From contig CAYMHX010000001.1 of assembly GCA_964390325.1 (NCBI GenBank), positions 1 to 45,562 of the forward strand: 45,562 nucleotides of DNA, written 5' to 3'. Shown piece after piece: positions 19,981 to 30,371 of this stretch. How positions within the stretch are numbered: position 1 is the first letter of the stretch; every line of letters begins with the position of its first letter. Under the pieces are notes generated by a model. The model ran no database searches. It was not told the origin of the DNA and was given only the letters and a program-made list of their open reading frames with translations. This DNA is from an uncultured Roseburia sp. Its GTDB lineage: Bacteria; Bacillota; Clostridia; Lachnospirales; Lachnospiraceae. Both the position numbers and the translations under genes were made by a program.

Positions 19981-20841
19981 ATGAAAAAACGTAAAAAAAA
20001 GAGGAAGGTAACCTCTAAATACCTGTTGTTTATGCTGACAGGTGTCTGTACTTTAACTATGTTACTGAGTTTTACATTAAATATATCCGGCGGACCGTTA
20101 AATACGGCGGCCGGTTATGTTTTTATTCCTATGCAAAAGGGAATAAATCAGGTTGGTGGCTGGATTTTAAATCAGGCAAATCATTGGGAAAATTTAAGTG
20201 CATTGATTGCTGAAAATGAAGCGTTGAAAGAAAAAGTAGAACAGTTGACCATAGAAATGAATACCATAAAACTGGAACGTTATGAGTTGGAAAATCTGCG
20301 TAAACTATATGAGCTTGACCAAAAATATCCTGACTATGATAAAGTTGCGGCAAATGTTATCGGAAAAGATGCTGGAAATTGGTTTTGGAATTTCACAATT
20401 GATAAAGGTGCAGCAGACGGTATTGAAAAAGGCATGAATGTAATGGCAGGAAGCGGTTTGGTCGGAATTGTTTCAGATGTAGGACCAAATTTTGCAAAGG
20501 TAAAAGCTATCATTAGTGATACCAGCAAAGTAAGCGGTATGGTATTGACTACTTCAGATAATTTGATTGTAAATGGAAGTCTGCAGAAAATGAACGAAAA
20601 TATGACAATTGAGTTTAGCGGATTGAATGACAGGGATAATAAAGTATTAGTAGGTGACCCGGTTGTAACCTCTTATGTATCGTATGATTATCAGCAGGGG
20701 ATTTTAATCGGTTATATCAGTGAAATTACGACAGATTCCAATAACTTGACACGTTCAGGTACCATTACGCCTGCAGTTGATTTTGAGCATATTGAAGAAG
20801 TATTGGTAATCTTAAATAAAAAGCAAACAACGGAGGAGTAG
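19981..20841 (+). CDS. mreC: Rod shape-determining protein MreC
   Basis: TM helix plus coiled coil, ENLRKL, IDKGAADG, GLVG, GILIG. Confidence 0.93.
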   Translation: MKKRKKKRKVTSKYLLFMLTGVCTLTMLLSFTLNISGGPLNTAAGYVFIPMQKGINQVGGWILNQANHWENLSALIAENEALKEKVEQLTIEMNTIKLERYELENLRKLYELDQKYPDYDKVAANVIGKDAGNWFWNFTIDKGAADGIEKGMNVMAGSGLVGIVSDVGPNFAKVKAIISDTSKVSGMVLTTSDNLIVNGSLQKMNENMTIEFSGLNDRDNKVLVGDPVVTSYVSYDYQQGILIGYISEITTDSNNLTRSGTITPAVDFEHIEEVLVILNKKQTTEE

Positions 20842-20842
20842 C

Positions 20843-21361
20843 GTGAAACGAAAAATAACTGTGGCAGTCATTATTATCCTATGTTATCTATTACAAAGTA
20901 CCTTATTTCAAACTTTGTCTTTTGCAGGGATTTCGCCAAATCTTTTGGTTGTAGTGGCATCTGCATTTGGATTTATGAGAGGGAAAAAGGAAGGCATTTG
21001 GATTGGATTTTTCTGCGGTCTTTGTATGGATATTTTTTCCAGTGGTGTATTTGGAGTTTATACTCTGCTTTATATGTATGTCGGATTTTTAAATGGCTAT
21101 TTCCGAAAACTTTTTTATCCGGAGGATATTAAATTACCTATGTTTTTAATTGCAGGAAGTGATTTGATTTATAATTTAGCAGTTTATTTCTTTCTGTTTT
21201 TATTTCGGAGTAAGTTTGAATTTAGATTTTATTTGATGCATATTATTCTGCCGGAGTTGGTTTATACAATGCTTGTTACCATTGTATTATATATGATTTT
21301 GTTGAAAATCAACGAAGATTTAGAGTTGATGGAAAAGAGGAGTGCAAAGAAGTTTGTCTGA
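20843..21361 (+). CDS. mreD: Rod shape-determining protein MreD
   Basis: Hydrophobic 172 aa; PNLL, GFFCGLCMD; position after mreC. Confidence 0.9.
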   Translation: MKRKITVAVIIILCYLLQSTLFQTLSFAGISPNLLVVVASAFGFMRGKKEGIWIGFFCGLCMDIFSSGVFGVYTLLYMYVGFLNGYFRKLFYPEDIKLPMFLIAGSDLIYNLAVYFFLFLFRSKFEFRFYLMHIILPELVYTMLVTIVLYMILLKINEDLELMEKRSAKKFV

Positions 21362-24185
21362 TAATATAAAAGAATTTTTTCGAGAATTAAAAAAATCACG
21401 TATTTGGGTTTATATTTTGGTATTTGTTGTTGTTTATTCGATTTTGCTTGGCCGAATGTTTTATTTGCAAGTTATTATGGGAGAACAGTACCAAAATGAT
21501 TATACTTACAGTATTGTAAAGGAACGAACGATAAATAGTTCGAGGGGTAATATTTATGACCGCAATGGAAAACTGCTTGCTTATAATGAACTTGCCTATA
21601 CGATTACAATAGAAGATAATGGTTCGTATGATTCGACAAAGGATAAAAACGAGCAGATAAATGCCATGATTGCAGAAATCATTACGGAAATCGAAAAGAA
21701 TGGCGATTCTATTACAAATAATTTTAAGATAGCTTATAATGAGGACGGTACTTATTCTTATACGGTAAGTGGTACATCCTTAAAGCGTTTCCTTGCCGAC
21801 GTTTATGGACATACTTCGACTTCTACTTTAGGGTATGATGAGGACCTAGGATATGACTTGGCAAATGCGACACCTGAGCAGGTCATGGAATATTTAATGA
21901 CAAATAAATATAAATTTCAAGTAAGTGAAGAATATGGTAAGGAATTGGCATATAAAATTACTGTTATCCGTTATGCAATGTCTGAAAAAGCATATCAGAA
22001 GTATATTTCAACAACAATTGCAACGGAGGTTTCTGATGAGTCGGTTGCCTATATCAGTGAAAATGCATATCGTCTGCAAGGAATTGAAGTAGTGGAAGAT
22101 ACTATAAGGCGTTATGACCATAGTGAATATTTTGCTGCAATTATTGGTTATACAGGAAAAATTTCGGCAGAAGAATATGAAGCCTTGTCGGCTGAAAATG
22201 ATGGTTATACCTTACAGGATGTCATTGGTAAAGCAGGAATTGAGCAGGTGATGGATACCTATTTACAAGGAACAAAAGGCTATGAAAAGCTGTATGTGGA
22301 TTACCTTGGAAAAACGATTGAAATTATCGAACGAGAAGAACCGATTGCTGGAAATGACGTTTATTTATCTATTGATGCTGATTTAACCATTGCTGCTTAT
22401 GATTTGTTGGAGCAGGAGGTAGCTGGAATTGTTTATTCTAATATAGAAAATTATCGTTCTGATATTCCAATTCCTATTACAGATGTCTACTTTGCACTAA
22501 TTAATAATAGTGTCATTGATATTGACCATTTTACAAAAGAAGATGCACAGCCGAATGAAAAGGCTGTTTATTCGGCATTTTTAATTCGTCAGGAAGAAGT
22601 ACTTTCGATGATGGAGGCAGAATTTTTTGGTTCAAATGCAACTCCGTTTGGAAGTATGAATGAGGAAATGCAGGATTATGTTACTTATATTATTAATTAT
22701 TTAAAACAGAATGAAATTTTAGATACTTCTTTGATTGATAAATCCGACAGTGTCTATAAAGAATGGCAGGCAGGCAATAGCAGTATTCAGACCTATCTGA
22801 CACAGGCAATTGCAAAAGGCTGGATTGATATTACAGAGTTTACGATTGATAGTAAATATTCGGATGCTTCAGAAGTTTATGAAGCGTTATGTCAGGATGT
22901 TTTTGAAGATATCAAAAATAGTAATGCTTTTTCTAAAATTATCTATCAATATATGGTAGAAGCAGGCAGAGTAACAGGAAAGCAGATTTGTTTGATTTTA
23001 TATGAACAGAATGTTTTGCCTTATGATGACGAGGCGGTATCAGGATTAGAGAACGGTGTATTTAGTCCTTTGAGTTTTATGAAGGAAAAAATTCAAAATT
23101 TGGAAATTACACCTGCACAGCTTGCCCTAGACCCTTGTACGGGTTCGTGTGTGCTTACTAATGTAAATACAGGGGAAGTATTGGCAGTGGTAAGTTATCC
23201 GGGCTATGATAATAACCGTTTAGCAAATACGATTGATTCAGAATATTACAATGCGTTACAGAAGGATTTGACCAATCCATTTTATAATAAGGCGACACAG
23301 GAGAGAACGGCTCCGGGTTCTACTTTTAAAATTATCACTGCGGCAGCAGGGTTAAATGAAGGTGTGATTGATTTGTCTACAGAGATTTATGATAAAGGAG
23401 CTTATGAGCATGTGAGTAACCATCCAAGATGCTGGATTTATCCGTCCAGTCATGGAAGTATTAATGTTTCCGAAGCAATTCGTGATTCGTGTAACTATTT
23501 CTTTTACGAAGTGGGCTATCGTTTAAGTACAAATAATTATCTGTCTAAATATAGCGAGGAGCTTGGTATTGAAAAGATTAAAGAATATGCTTCCCTTTTT
23601 GGCTTGGATGAAACCAGTGGCGTAGAAATCACGGAAAATAGTCCACAGATAGCAGATGAATATCCTGTTATGGCTGCAATCGGACAAAGTAATAATAACT
23701 TTACAACGGTTCAGCTTGGAAGATATGTTACAGCTATTGCAAATAGCGGTACAGTTTATGATTATACTGTTTTGAGTAAGGTATGTGATAAAGATGGAAA
23801 TGTGTTAGAGTCTTTTGAACCGAATGTACGCAATACGATTGATTTCTTAAATCAAGCAGAATGGGATGCATTACATGCAGGTATGCGGATGGTGGTAGAA
23901 AATTCTTCCCATTTCCGTAAATTCCCGGTTGCCGTAGCGGGTAAAACAGGTACGGCACAGCAGGATTTAAGACGTTCTAACCATGCACTTTTTGTTGGAT
24001 ATGCACCTTATGAAAATCCGGAGATTTCCATTGCAACCCGTATCGCATTTGGTTATACGTCATCAAATGCGGCACATTATGCAAGAAATGTATTGGCATA
24101 TTATTTTGAAGTGGAAGATGCCAATACACTCTTAGATGGACAGGCATCCGTTATCAGTGGTGCAAGTAATGCCGTAACAGATTAG
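21342..24185 (+). CDS. mrdA: Class B penicillin-binding protein 2 (start may be TTG at 21354)
   Basis: RGNIYDRNG, GKAGIE, STFK, SCN, KTGT; follows mreD. Confidence 0.92.
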   Translation: MQRSLSDNIKEFFRELKKSRIWVYILVFVVVYSILLGRMFYLQVIMGEQYQNDYTYSIVKERTINSSRGNIYDRNGKLLAYNELAYTITIEDNGSYDSTKDKNEQINAMIAEIITEIEKNGDSITNNFKIAYNEDGTYSYTVSGTSLKRFLADVYGHTSTSTLGYDEDLGYDLANATPEQVMEYLMTNKYKFQVSEEYGKELAYKITVIRYAMSEKAYQKYISTTIATEVSDESVAYISENAYRLQGIEVVEDTIRRYDHSEYFAAIIGYTGKISAEEYEALSAENDGYTLQDVIGKAGIEQVMDTYLQGTKGYEKLYVDYLGKTIEIIEREEPIAGNDVYLSIDADLTIAAYDLLEQEVAGIVYSNIENYRSDIPIPITDVYFALINNSVIDIDHFTKEDAQPNEKAVYSAFLIRQEEVLSMMEAEFFGSNATPFGSMNEEMQDYVTYIINYLKQNEILDTSLIDKSDSVYKEWQAGNSSIQTYLTQAIAKGWIDITEFTIDSKYSDASEVYEALCQDVFEDIKNSNAFSKIIYQYMVEAGRVTGKQICLILYEQNVLPYDDEAVSGLENGVFSPLSFMKEKIQNLEITPAQLALDPCTGSCVLTNVNTGEVLAVVSYPGYDNNRLANTIDSEYYNALQKDLTNPFYNKATQERTAPGSTFKIITAAAGLNEGVIDLSTEIYDKGAYEHVSNHPRCWIYPSSHGSINVSEAIRDSCNYFFYEVGYRLSTNNYLSKYSEELGIEKIKEYASLFGLDETSGVEITENSPQIADEYPVMAAIGQSNNNFTTVQLGRYVTAIANSGTVYDYTVLSKVCDKDGNVLESFEPNVRNTIDFLNQAEWDALHAGMRMVVENSSHFRKFPVAVAGKTGTAQQDLRRSNHALFVGYAPYENPEISIATRIAFGYTSSNAAHYARNVLAYYFEVEDANTLLDGQASVISGASNAVTD

Positions 24186-24282
24186 ATTTCGGAAGTGATA
24201 CTGCAATGTAGGTCTGGGCATTTATAATAATAGCAGCAGCGCTAAACGCTGTTCTAAATAAATTGTAGGAGGTCTTTTTAGA

Positions 24283-25089
24283 ATGGGTGAAGTTATCACA
24301 TTCACTTCAGGAAAAGGCGGCGTTGGTAAGACAACAACCACTGCAAACGTCGGAGTAGGGCTTTCACAGTTAGATAAAAAGGTTGTGTTGATTGATACAG
24401 ATATTGGTTTACGCAACTTAGACGTAGTTATGGGCTTAGAAAATCGAATCAGGTACAATTTAGTAGATGTTTTATGTGGCAGATGCCGAATAAAACAGGC
24501 GCTTATCCGTGATAAACGTTTTCCAAACCTGTATATTATTCCTTCTGCCTGCGTGAAGGAACATACAAGATTAAGCAAAACACAAATGCTTCATTTGCTG
24601 GAAGAATTGAGAGAGGAATTTGATTATATTTTAATTGATTCACCGGCAGGAATTGATGAAGGATTTGAATTAGCAATCGCAGGAGCAGACCATATAGTAG
24701 TGGTGACAACACCGCAGGTTGCAGCAGTCCATGATGCAGACTGTGTATTACGCATGATAAAAAAGAATCCGAAGTTTCGATGTTCACTTTTATTAAATGC
24801 TTATCAGGAACAGATGGCAAAAGAGGGAAATATGCTTCGGATTGAAGATGTGACAAGTCTTTTAAATACCGAATTATTAGGAGTGGTATTTGAGGATGCA
24901 CAGGTGATTATTGCACAAAATCATGGAGAGCCGATTTATGGAAGAAAGAGTAAGTCAGAAATTTGCTACTCGAACATTTGTTCTAGAATTCTTGGGGAGG
25001 AGATTTCACTTCCAAAAGAAAAGAAAAAAAGAAATCAATTTCGCTTTTTCTTTGATTTGAAAATGGCAAAACGGAGGGAAATGGTATGA
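24283..25089 (+). CDS. minD: Septum site-determining ATPase MinD
   Basis: SGKGGVGKTT, DIGLRNLD, DSPAGI; C-terminal aromatic/basic membrane-targeting-like helix. Confidence 0.93.
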   Translation: MGEVITFTSGKGGVGKTTTTANVGVGLSQLDKKVVLIDTDIGLRNLDVVMGLENRIRYNLVDVLCGRCRIKQALIRDKRFPNLYIIPSACVKEHTRLSKTQMLHLLEELREEFDYILIDSPAGIDEGFELAIAGADHIVVVTTPQVAAVHDADCVLRMIKKNPKFRCSLLLNAYQEQMAKEGNMLRIEDVTSLLNTELLGVVFEDAQVIIAQNHGEPIYGRKSKSEICYSNICSRILGEEISLPKEKKKRNQFRFFFDLKMAKRREMV

Positions 25090-25307
25090 AACGAATTACA
25101 TCAGCTTTTCAAGCAACCTCTGGAACAGTTGCATTAGAGCGTTTAAAGTGCATGATGAATGAAGAAAAGTGTAAAATTGATGAAGATACAATGGAATCGA
25201 TTCGCAGGGATGTTGGAAACATTGTATTAAAATATGTTGACATAGAGCCTGATGATGTTGATATTAAAGTAACCATTCAAAGCAGGTCAAAACAATTGCT
25301 GTTTTGA
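25086..25307 (+). CDS. minE: Cell division topological specificity factor MinE
   Basis: SGTVALERLK; 73 aa; overlaps the minD stop. Confidence 0.75.
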   Translation: MKRITSAFQATSGTVALERLKCMMNEEKCKIDEDTMESIRRDVGNIVLKYVDIEPDDVDIKVTIQSRSKQLLF

Positions 25308-25349
25308 GCGATTTAAGATTATTTTGAAAGAGTACAAAAAGAAAATAAG

Positions 25350-26453
25350 ATGTTAAAACAATATAAATTAGAAAATTACAAGTTCATATTAGTTATCCTG
25401 GTAGTCGCACTAAATATCCTTGGTATTTTATTAGTTGGAAGTGCAAGACCGGCTTTGATGAGTAAACAGCTCTTAGGAATGATAGTTGGGATTGTTCTTA
25501 TGGTGGTGATATCGTTGATTGACTATCGTTTTGTGTTAAAGCATTCTTGGGCAATTTATAGTGTGATGCTGGGACTTTTATTAGCCGTTATTTTAGTAGG
25601 TGACAGTTCCGGTGGTGCGCAGCGCTGGATTGACTTAAAATTTATGAGATTTCAGCCTTCGGAGATTGCCAAAATTCTTGTGATTTTGTTTTTTGCACAG
25701 TTTTTTACGAAATATGAAGAACAGATTAGTACGTTTCGGACGATTGTAACATCATTTGCATTGGTAGGAGTTCCGCTTGTCTTAATTTTGGCACAGCCTG
25801 ATTTATCGACAAGTATTACAACGGCATCTATCTTTGTTTCTATGCTTTTTGTAGCAGGAATTAGTTACAAAATAGTAGGAACAGTGCTGGCAATTGCAAT
25901 TCCTACAATTAGTGCATTTTTTGTGATGATAAAAACAGATACGGTTCCGTTTTTAAAAGAATATCAGTTACGCCGTATTCTTGCATGGCTTTATCCGGAG
26001 CGTTATCCGGATATTGCATATCAGCAGCAAAATTCCATTATGGCAATTGGTTCGGGACAGATATGGGGAAAGGGATTAAATAATACAGAAGCAACATCTG
26101 TTAAAAATGGAAATTTTATTTTAGAGCCTCAAACAGACTTTATTTTTGCCGTAGCAGGGGAAGAACTTGGATTTATAGGTACGGCTGCAATTATTCTTCT
26201 CTTGCTTTTCATTGTAATTGAGTGTATATTTATTGCTAGGAAAGCAAATGATTCCGCAGGAAAATTAATCTGTTGCGGATTCGCTGCACTGGTAGGATTT
26301 CAGAGTGCTATTAATATTTCAGTTACAAGCGGCTTATTACCAAATACAGGTCTTCCACTTCCATTTGTCAGCTATGGTCTTACATCTTTGTGGTCGCTGT
26401 ACATAGGAGTCGGATTTGTTTTAAATGTCGGCTTACAGTCAAGAAAACACTAA
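25350..26453 (+). CDS. rodA: SEDS family protein RodA
   Basis: [34 protein letters not shown]. Confidence 0.92.
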   Translation: MLKQYKLENYKFILVILVVALNILGILLVGSARPALMSKQLLGMIVGIVLMVVISLIDYRFVLKHSWAIYSVMLGLLLAVILVGDSSGGAQRWIDLKFMRFQPSEIAKILVILFFAQFFTKYEEQISTFRTIVTSFALVGVPLVLILAQPDLSTSITTASIFVSMLFVAGISYKIVGTVLAIAIPTISAFFVMIKTDTVPFLKEYQLRRILAWLYPERYPDIAYQQQNSIMAIGSGQIWGKGLNNTEATSVKNGNFILEPQTDFIFAVAGEELGFIGTAAIILLLLFIVIECIFIARKANDSAGKLICCGFAALVGFQSAINISVTSGLLPNTGLPLPFVSYGLTSLWSLYIGVGFVLNVGLQSRKH

Positions 26454-26469
26454 ATGGAGGGTAATACGA

Positions 26470-26865
26470 ATGAATATTGGACTTATCGCACATGATTCAA
26501 AAAAGAAATTGATGCAGAATTTTTGCATTGCATATCGAGGCATTTTAGCAAAAAATGACTTATATGCAACAGGTACAACGGGGCGTTTAATTGAGGAGGT
26601 AACAAACTTAAATGTTCATAAATATTTGGCAGGACATTTGGGTGGAGCTCAGCAGCTTGGAGCACAGATTGAGCATAACGAAATTGACCTTGTTATTTTT
26701 TTAAGAGAGCCTTTGACTCCAAAGTCACATGAGCCGGATGTAAATAACGTAGTACGTTTATGCGATACACATAATATACCATTAGCAACCAATCTTGCTA
26801 CTGCAGAGCTTCTGATTAAATCGTTAGATAGAGGAGATTTAGAGTGGCGTGAAATGTACAAATAA
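26470..26865 (+). CDS. mgsA: Methylglyoxal synthase (ATG at 26470 after GGAGG)
   Basis: IAHDSKK, ATGTTG, HEPD, PLATN. Confidence 0.93.
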   Translation: MNIGLIAHDSKKKLMQNFCIAYRGILAKNDLYATGTTGRLIEEVTNLNVHKYLAGHLGGAQQLGAQIEHNEIDLVIFLREPLTPKSHEPDVNNVVRLCDTHNIPLATNLATAELLIKSLDRGDLEWREMYK

Positions 26866-27841
26866 AAGAAAAATACAGGTCATACTGTTTTTAGTAGCAG
26901 TATTCTATTTGGCAGGGTGTAAAGGGAAGGATACGGTTAGCTATGAAAATCCTTATAATTTATATGAAACATCCAGCTCTTATGGAATTACAAATAAGAA
27001 AAGTAATATGAATGTAGGATTTTTTTCCACTGGTTTGTGTGTAGCAGAAGATGTAAATGTGGGGGTGGAAGAAGTACATTCTTCTGTTGCAGGTGCAGCG
27101 GGTACTTTTAATTTAGCATCAAAAACAGTTACTTATGCACAGAATATTTACGATAAAATGTATCCTGCAAGTACAACAAAAATTATGACCTGTTATTTGG
27201 CAATTAAATATGGAGATTTAGCAGACCAAGTTGTTGTAAGTGCGAATGCCGCAAATCAGCCTTCGGATGCTTCGGTGTGCCATATTAAGGAGGGCGATGT
27301 TTTATCGCTTCAGGATTTATTATATGGCTTAATGCTTTCTAGTGGTAATGATGCTGCAATTGCGATTGCAGAGCATATTTCAGGAACAGAACAGGCATTC
27401 GTGGAATTAATGAATAAAGAAGCCTTAGCAATGGGTGCAAGTTGTACCAGCTTTAGAAATCCGCATGGGATGCCGGCAGAAAATCATTACACTTCCGTAT
27501 ATGATTTATATTTGATGATTTCAAAGGCATCGAACTATCAGATATTTACGGATATTATCCATGCAGAAAGTTATACGGCATCTATTACAGATAAGGATGG
27601 AAATACCAAGGAACAGGAATGGAAAAATACCAATCGTTATTTAACAGGAAAAGCAACCGTTCCTGAAGGAATCACTGTAATTGGTGGTAAAACAGGTACA
27701 ACAGGTGAAGCTGGTTATTGTTTGGTTCTGCTTTCACAGAATACATTGAATGAAACAATCGTTTCCGTTGTTCTAAAAGCAGACGGTCCGTCGAACTTAT
27801 ATTTATTAACAGGGGAAATTTTAAGTCAATTTAATAATTAG
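26849..27841 (+). CDS. D-alanyl-D-alanine carboxypeptidase (peptidase S11), probable lipoprotein
   Basis: PASTTK, SGND, NPHG, GKTG; LAGC lipobox. Confidence 0.9.
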   Translation: MKCTNKRKIQVILFLVAVFYLAGCKGKDTVSYENPYNLYETSSSYGITNKKSNMNVGFFSTGLCVAEDVNVGVEEVHSSVAGAAGTFNLASKTVTYAQNIYDKMYPASTTKIMTCYLAIKYGDLADQVVVSANAANQPSDASVCHIKEGDVLSLQDLLYGLMLSSGNDAAIAIAEHISGTEQAFVELMNKEALAMGASCTSFRNPHGMPAENHYTSVYDLYLMISKASNYQIFTDIIHAESYTASITDKDGNTKEQEWKNTNRYLTGKATVPEGITVIGGKTGTTGEAGYCLVLLSQNTLNETIVSVVLKADGPSNLYLLTGEILSQFNN

Positions 27842-27844
27842 TAG

Positions 27845-27873
27845 TTGTTTTTTATGTGCATATATACTATAAT
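27845..27873 (+). promoter_or_regulatory. Sigma-A promoter
   Basis: TTGTTT-17 nt-TATAAT. Confidence 0.5.
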
Positions 27874-27920
27874 TAGTATTACATAATCAACTGTTTTTAT
27901 TCATACATAACAATTTTATA

Positions 27921-27990
27921 GTAATAGTTCAGCCGTAGACAATATAATAGGCGAAGTCGCCTTTGCGAATGGCGTGGGCTGAACTGTTAT
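27921..27990. mobile_element. 70-bp MITE-like element with 14-bp inverted ends
   Basis: gtaatagttcagcc ... ggctgaactgttat (12/14 complementary); interior shared with the 7621 element. Confidence 0.6.
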
Positions 27991-28044
27991 ATTTAAATAT
28001 TGAATTTATTGAAAAAAACAGGGAATACTAGGAGGAAATTGGCT

Positions 28045-28467
28045 ATGATCGAAATTATATGTGGTGAAAAAGGAAAGGGTAAAACAAAAGAGTTACTGGA
28101 AAAAGTAAACAGCGCAGTTGCTATAGCATCCGGAAATATCGTTTACTTAGACAAAAGCCAGAAACATATGTATGAATTAAACAACAAAATTCGTTTAATC
28201 AATGTAAAAGATTACCCTGTTGACACTTGCGAAGAATTTCTGGGATTCTTATCTGGAATTATTTCACAGGACCATGATTTGGAAGAAATGTATTTAGACA
28301 GCTTTTTAACAATTGCTTCTATCAATAATGATGTGGATATGGAACATGCAATCGAAAAGCTTAATATCATCAGTCAGAAATATAATGTTAAATTTGTATT
28401 AAGCGTTTCTAAAAACGAAGCAGAATTAACAGACGGCGCAAAAGCTAAAGTAGTCATTTCCTTATAA
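28045..28467 (+). CDS. Small conserved P-loop protein of unknown function (ATG at 28045 after AGGAGG)
   Basis: GEKGKGKT Walker-A-like motif; YLDS Walker-B-like motif. Confidence 0.75.
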   Translation: MIEIICGEKGKGKTKELLEKVNSAVAIASGNIVYLDKSQKHMYELNNKIRLINVKDYPVDTCEEFLGFLSGIISQDHDLEEMYLDSFLTIASINNDVDMEHAIEKLNIISQKYNVKFVLSVSKNEAELTDGAKAKVVISL

Positions 28468-28486
28468 GAGCGAGAAGAACAGAAAT

Positions 28487-28530
28487 AAACTGTCAGTATA
28501 TGTTGCCAAACATAAGACTGACAGTTTTTT
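28487..28530. terminator. Bidirectional intrinsic terminator between convergent genes
   Basis: aaactgtcagt...actgacagttt stem with A/T tails. Confidence 0.8.
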
Positions 28531-28552
28531 TATTCTATTAGGAAAGAACTTA

Positions 28553-28765
28553 TTACATTTCACGCATAGAACCAATGCGTCCAAAGAAACTGCAGGCATA
28601 GAGACCACTAATTCCTACAAGAGCGTAAATAATTCTTGAAATCCAGCTCATTTCTCCAAAAATAAAAGCTACTAAATCAAAATGAAAGAAGCCGATTAAT
28701 CCCCAATTGACGGCACCAACGATTACAAGTGTTAAAAGTGTATAATCTAACCAATTTGTTTTCAT
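28553..28765 (-). CDS. DUF378 (YuzA-like) small membrane protein
   Basis: LVIVGAVNWGLIG...DLV...IIYALVG; AGGAGG RBS. Confidence 0.9.
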   Translation of the reverse strand: MKTNWLDYTLLTLVIVGAVNWGLIGFFHFDLVAFIFGEMSWISRIIYALVGISGLYACSFFGRIGSMREM

Positions 28766-28784
28766 AATGAAACCTCCTTTTTGA

Positions 28785-28813
28785 TAGTATTTACATCGTA
28801 GATTTTTTTATAC
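28785..28813 (-). promoter_or_regulatory. Putative forespore (sigma-F/G-type) promoter of the DUF378 gene
   Basis: Minus strand GTATA-14 nt-GTAAATACTA. Confidence 0.5.
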
Positions 28814-28827
28814 ATATTTGCTATAAT
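28799..28827 (+). promoter_or_regulatory. Sigma-A promoter for the adaptor-yggS-sepF cluster
   Basis: TAGATT-17 nt-TATAAT with extended TG. Confidence 0.5.
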
Positions 28828-28831
28828 AATT

Positions 28832-28861
28832 AGGCGAAGTTTTTTATCACTGAATATATAG
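28832..28861. repeat. Remnant of the larger element seen at 36120-36278
   Basis: 27/30 identical to 36236-36265. Confidence 0.75.
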
Positions 28862-28868
28862 ATTATAA

Positions 28869-28895
28869 GTAACTATGAAGGTACTGAATAGTTAT
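28869..28895. mobile_element. 27-bp mini-element with perfect 8-bp flanking direct repeat
   Basis: gattataa [gtaactatgaaggtactgaatagttat] gattataa. Confidence 0.75.
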
Positions 28896-28927
28896 GATTA
28901 TAAAATAAGTAAGGCAAGGTACATAAT

Positions 28928-30316
28928 TTGAAAAAAGATACAAATATTCGTAAACATCAAAGAACTTTTAGTGTTAGTATCGGTGTGGTTATTTTTGCAA
29001 TTATTTTTATATATTTTATGTTCAATATTTTAATGTATCTGACAGAAACACATATTGCAAAGTATGAAGTGGAATACGGAACCATGGCTGCAAATAATAT
29101 TTATACAGGTTTTGTTATACGAGATGAAACTGTTTATCAAGCGCAACATAGTGGTGCATTGAATTATTATGTAAAAGAATATTCCAAAGTCGGAAAGAAT
29201 GATTTGGTTTATTCGGTAGATGAAAAAGGTTCAGTTTCCAATCGATTAAATGCTGCAAAACAAGAGGCTGCACAAGACCATACAATCGCTTCTGAGGGTG
29301 TGATTGAATTATTAAATGACTTTCAGTTATCTTATGATAAAGGAGAGTTTTATCAGGTTTATGCATTAAAAGATGAAATGAATTCTTTTTTAAATGAGGC
29401 ATTGAGTCTGGGAGCATTAGACCAAATTGCAGAATATGCAGATAGTGCAGAGGGAAATACTTTTCATCGAATGAAGGCGGAAGGGGATGGTGTTGTTTCA
29501 TATTATGTAGATGGATTTGAAACGGTAACAACAGAAAGTTTTACGCCTTCTATGTTAAATGAAACTGCGTATGAACGTACAATTTTAAATATCAATACAA
29601 GTACGTCGGTTGGTTCTTATGTTTATAAAATGATTAATAGTGAAACATGGCATATCATTCTGCCGATTTCTGCAGAACTGGCAGAGGAATTAAAGGAAAA
29701 AACGATAATTCGCATTCGCTTTGTAAAAGATGAAAAAGAAATGTATGCAGAATGTGCCTTTAAGCAGCAGGGAGAGGCATATTATATGATACTTACAATG
29801 AAAAATGCGATGGTTCGTTATGCCTCTGAGCGTTATTTGGATATAGAATTGCTTTTAACAGAAAAGACAGGACTTAAAATTCCAAACAGTGCGATTGTAG
29901 AGAAAGAATTTTATACCATTCCAAAAGAATATTTTGAGAAGGATGAGGAAACGGGTAAAACAGGAGTTTTACGGGAGGTCTTGGATAAAAATGGAAATCC
30001 GGATAATGAATTTATTAGTCCGACAGTTTATCTTAAAACGGAAACTCATTTTTATATTGATAGTGAGTCTGTGGAAGCGGGAGAGGTTTTAGTAAAAAAG
30101 GATTCGTTGGAAAGATATGTGGTAGGAGATGATACAGCGGTATTACAAGGCGTTTATAATGTCAATAAAGGATATTCTGTGTTTAAACAGATTAAAATTA
30201 TGTTTCAGAACGAGGAGTATACCATTGTAGAAAAAGGTACGGATTATGGAATTGCATTATATGACCATATTGCATTAGATGGCAGTAAAATTAAAGAAGA
30301 TGAGCTTGTAAAATGA
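28928..30316 (+). CDS. HlyD-like membrane-anchored adaptor-domain protein upstream of yggS
   Basis: N-terminal TM helix; RDETVY...SG, GVVSYYVDG, GLKIPNSAI, YDHI. Confidence 0.7.
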   Translation: MKKDTNIRKHQRTFSVSIGVVIFAIIFIYFMFNILMYLTETHIAKYEVEYGTMAANNIYTGFVIRDETVYQAQHSGALNYYVKEYSKVGKNDLVYSVDEKGSVSNRLNAAKQEAAQDHTIASEGVIELLNDFQLSYDKGEFYQVYALKDEMNSFLNEALSLGALDQIAEYADSAEGNTFHRMKAEGDGVVSYYVDGFETVTTESFTPSMLNETAYERTILNINTSTSVGSYVYKMINSETWHIILPISAELAEELKEKTIIRIRFVKDEKEMYAECAFKQQGEAYYMILTMKNAMVRYASERYLDIELLLTEKTGLKIPNSAIVEKEFYTIPKEYFEKDEETGKTGVLREVLDKNGNPDNEFISPTVYLKTETHFYIDSESVEAGEVLVKKDSLERYVVGDDTAVLQGVYNVNKGYSVFKQIKIMFQNEEYTIVEKGTDYGIALYDHIALDGSKIKEDELVK

Positions 30317-30371
30317 TAAGCGATAAAAAATAATCATAAAAGAAAAATATTTTGAGGATTGAGAGGAAAAA

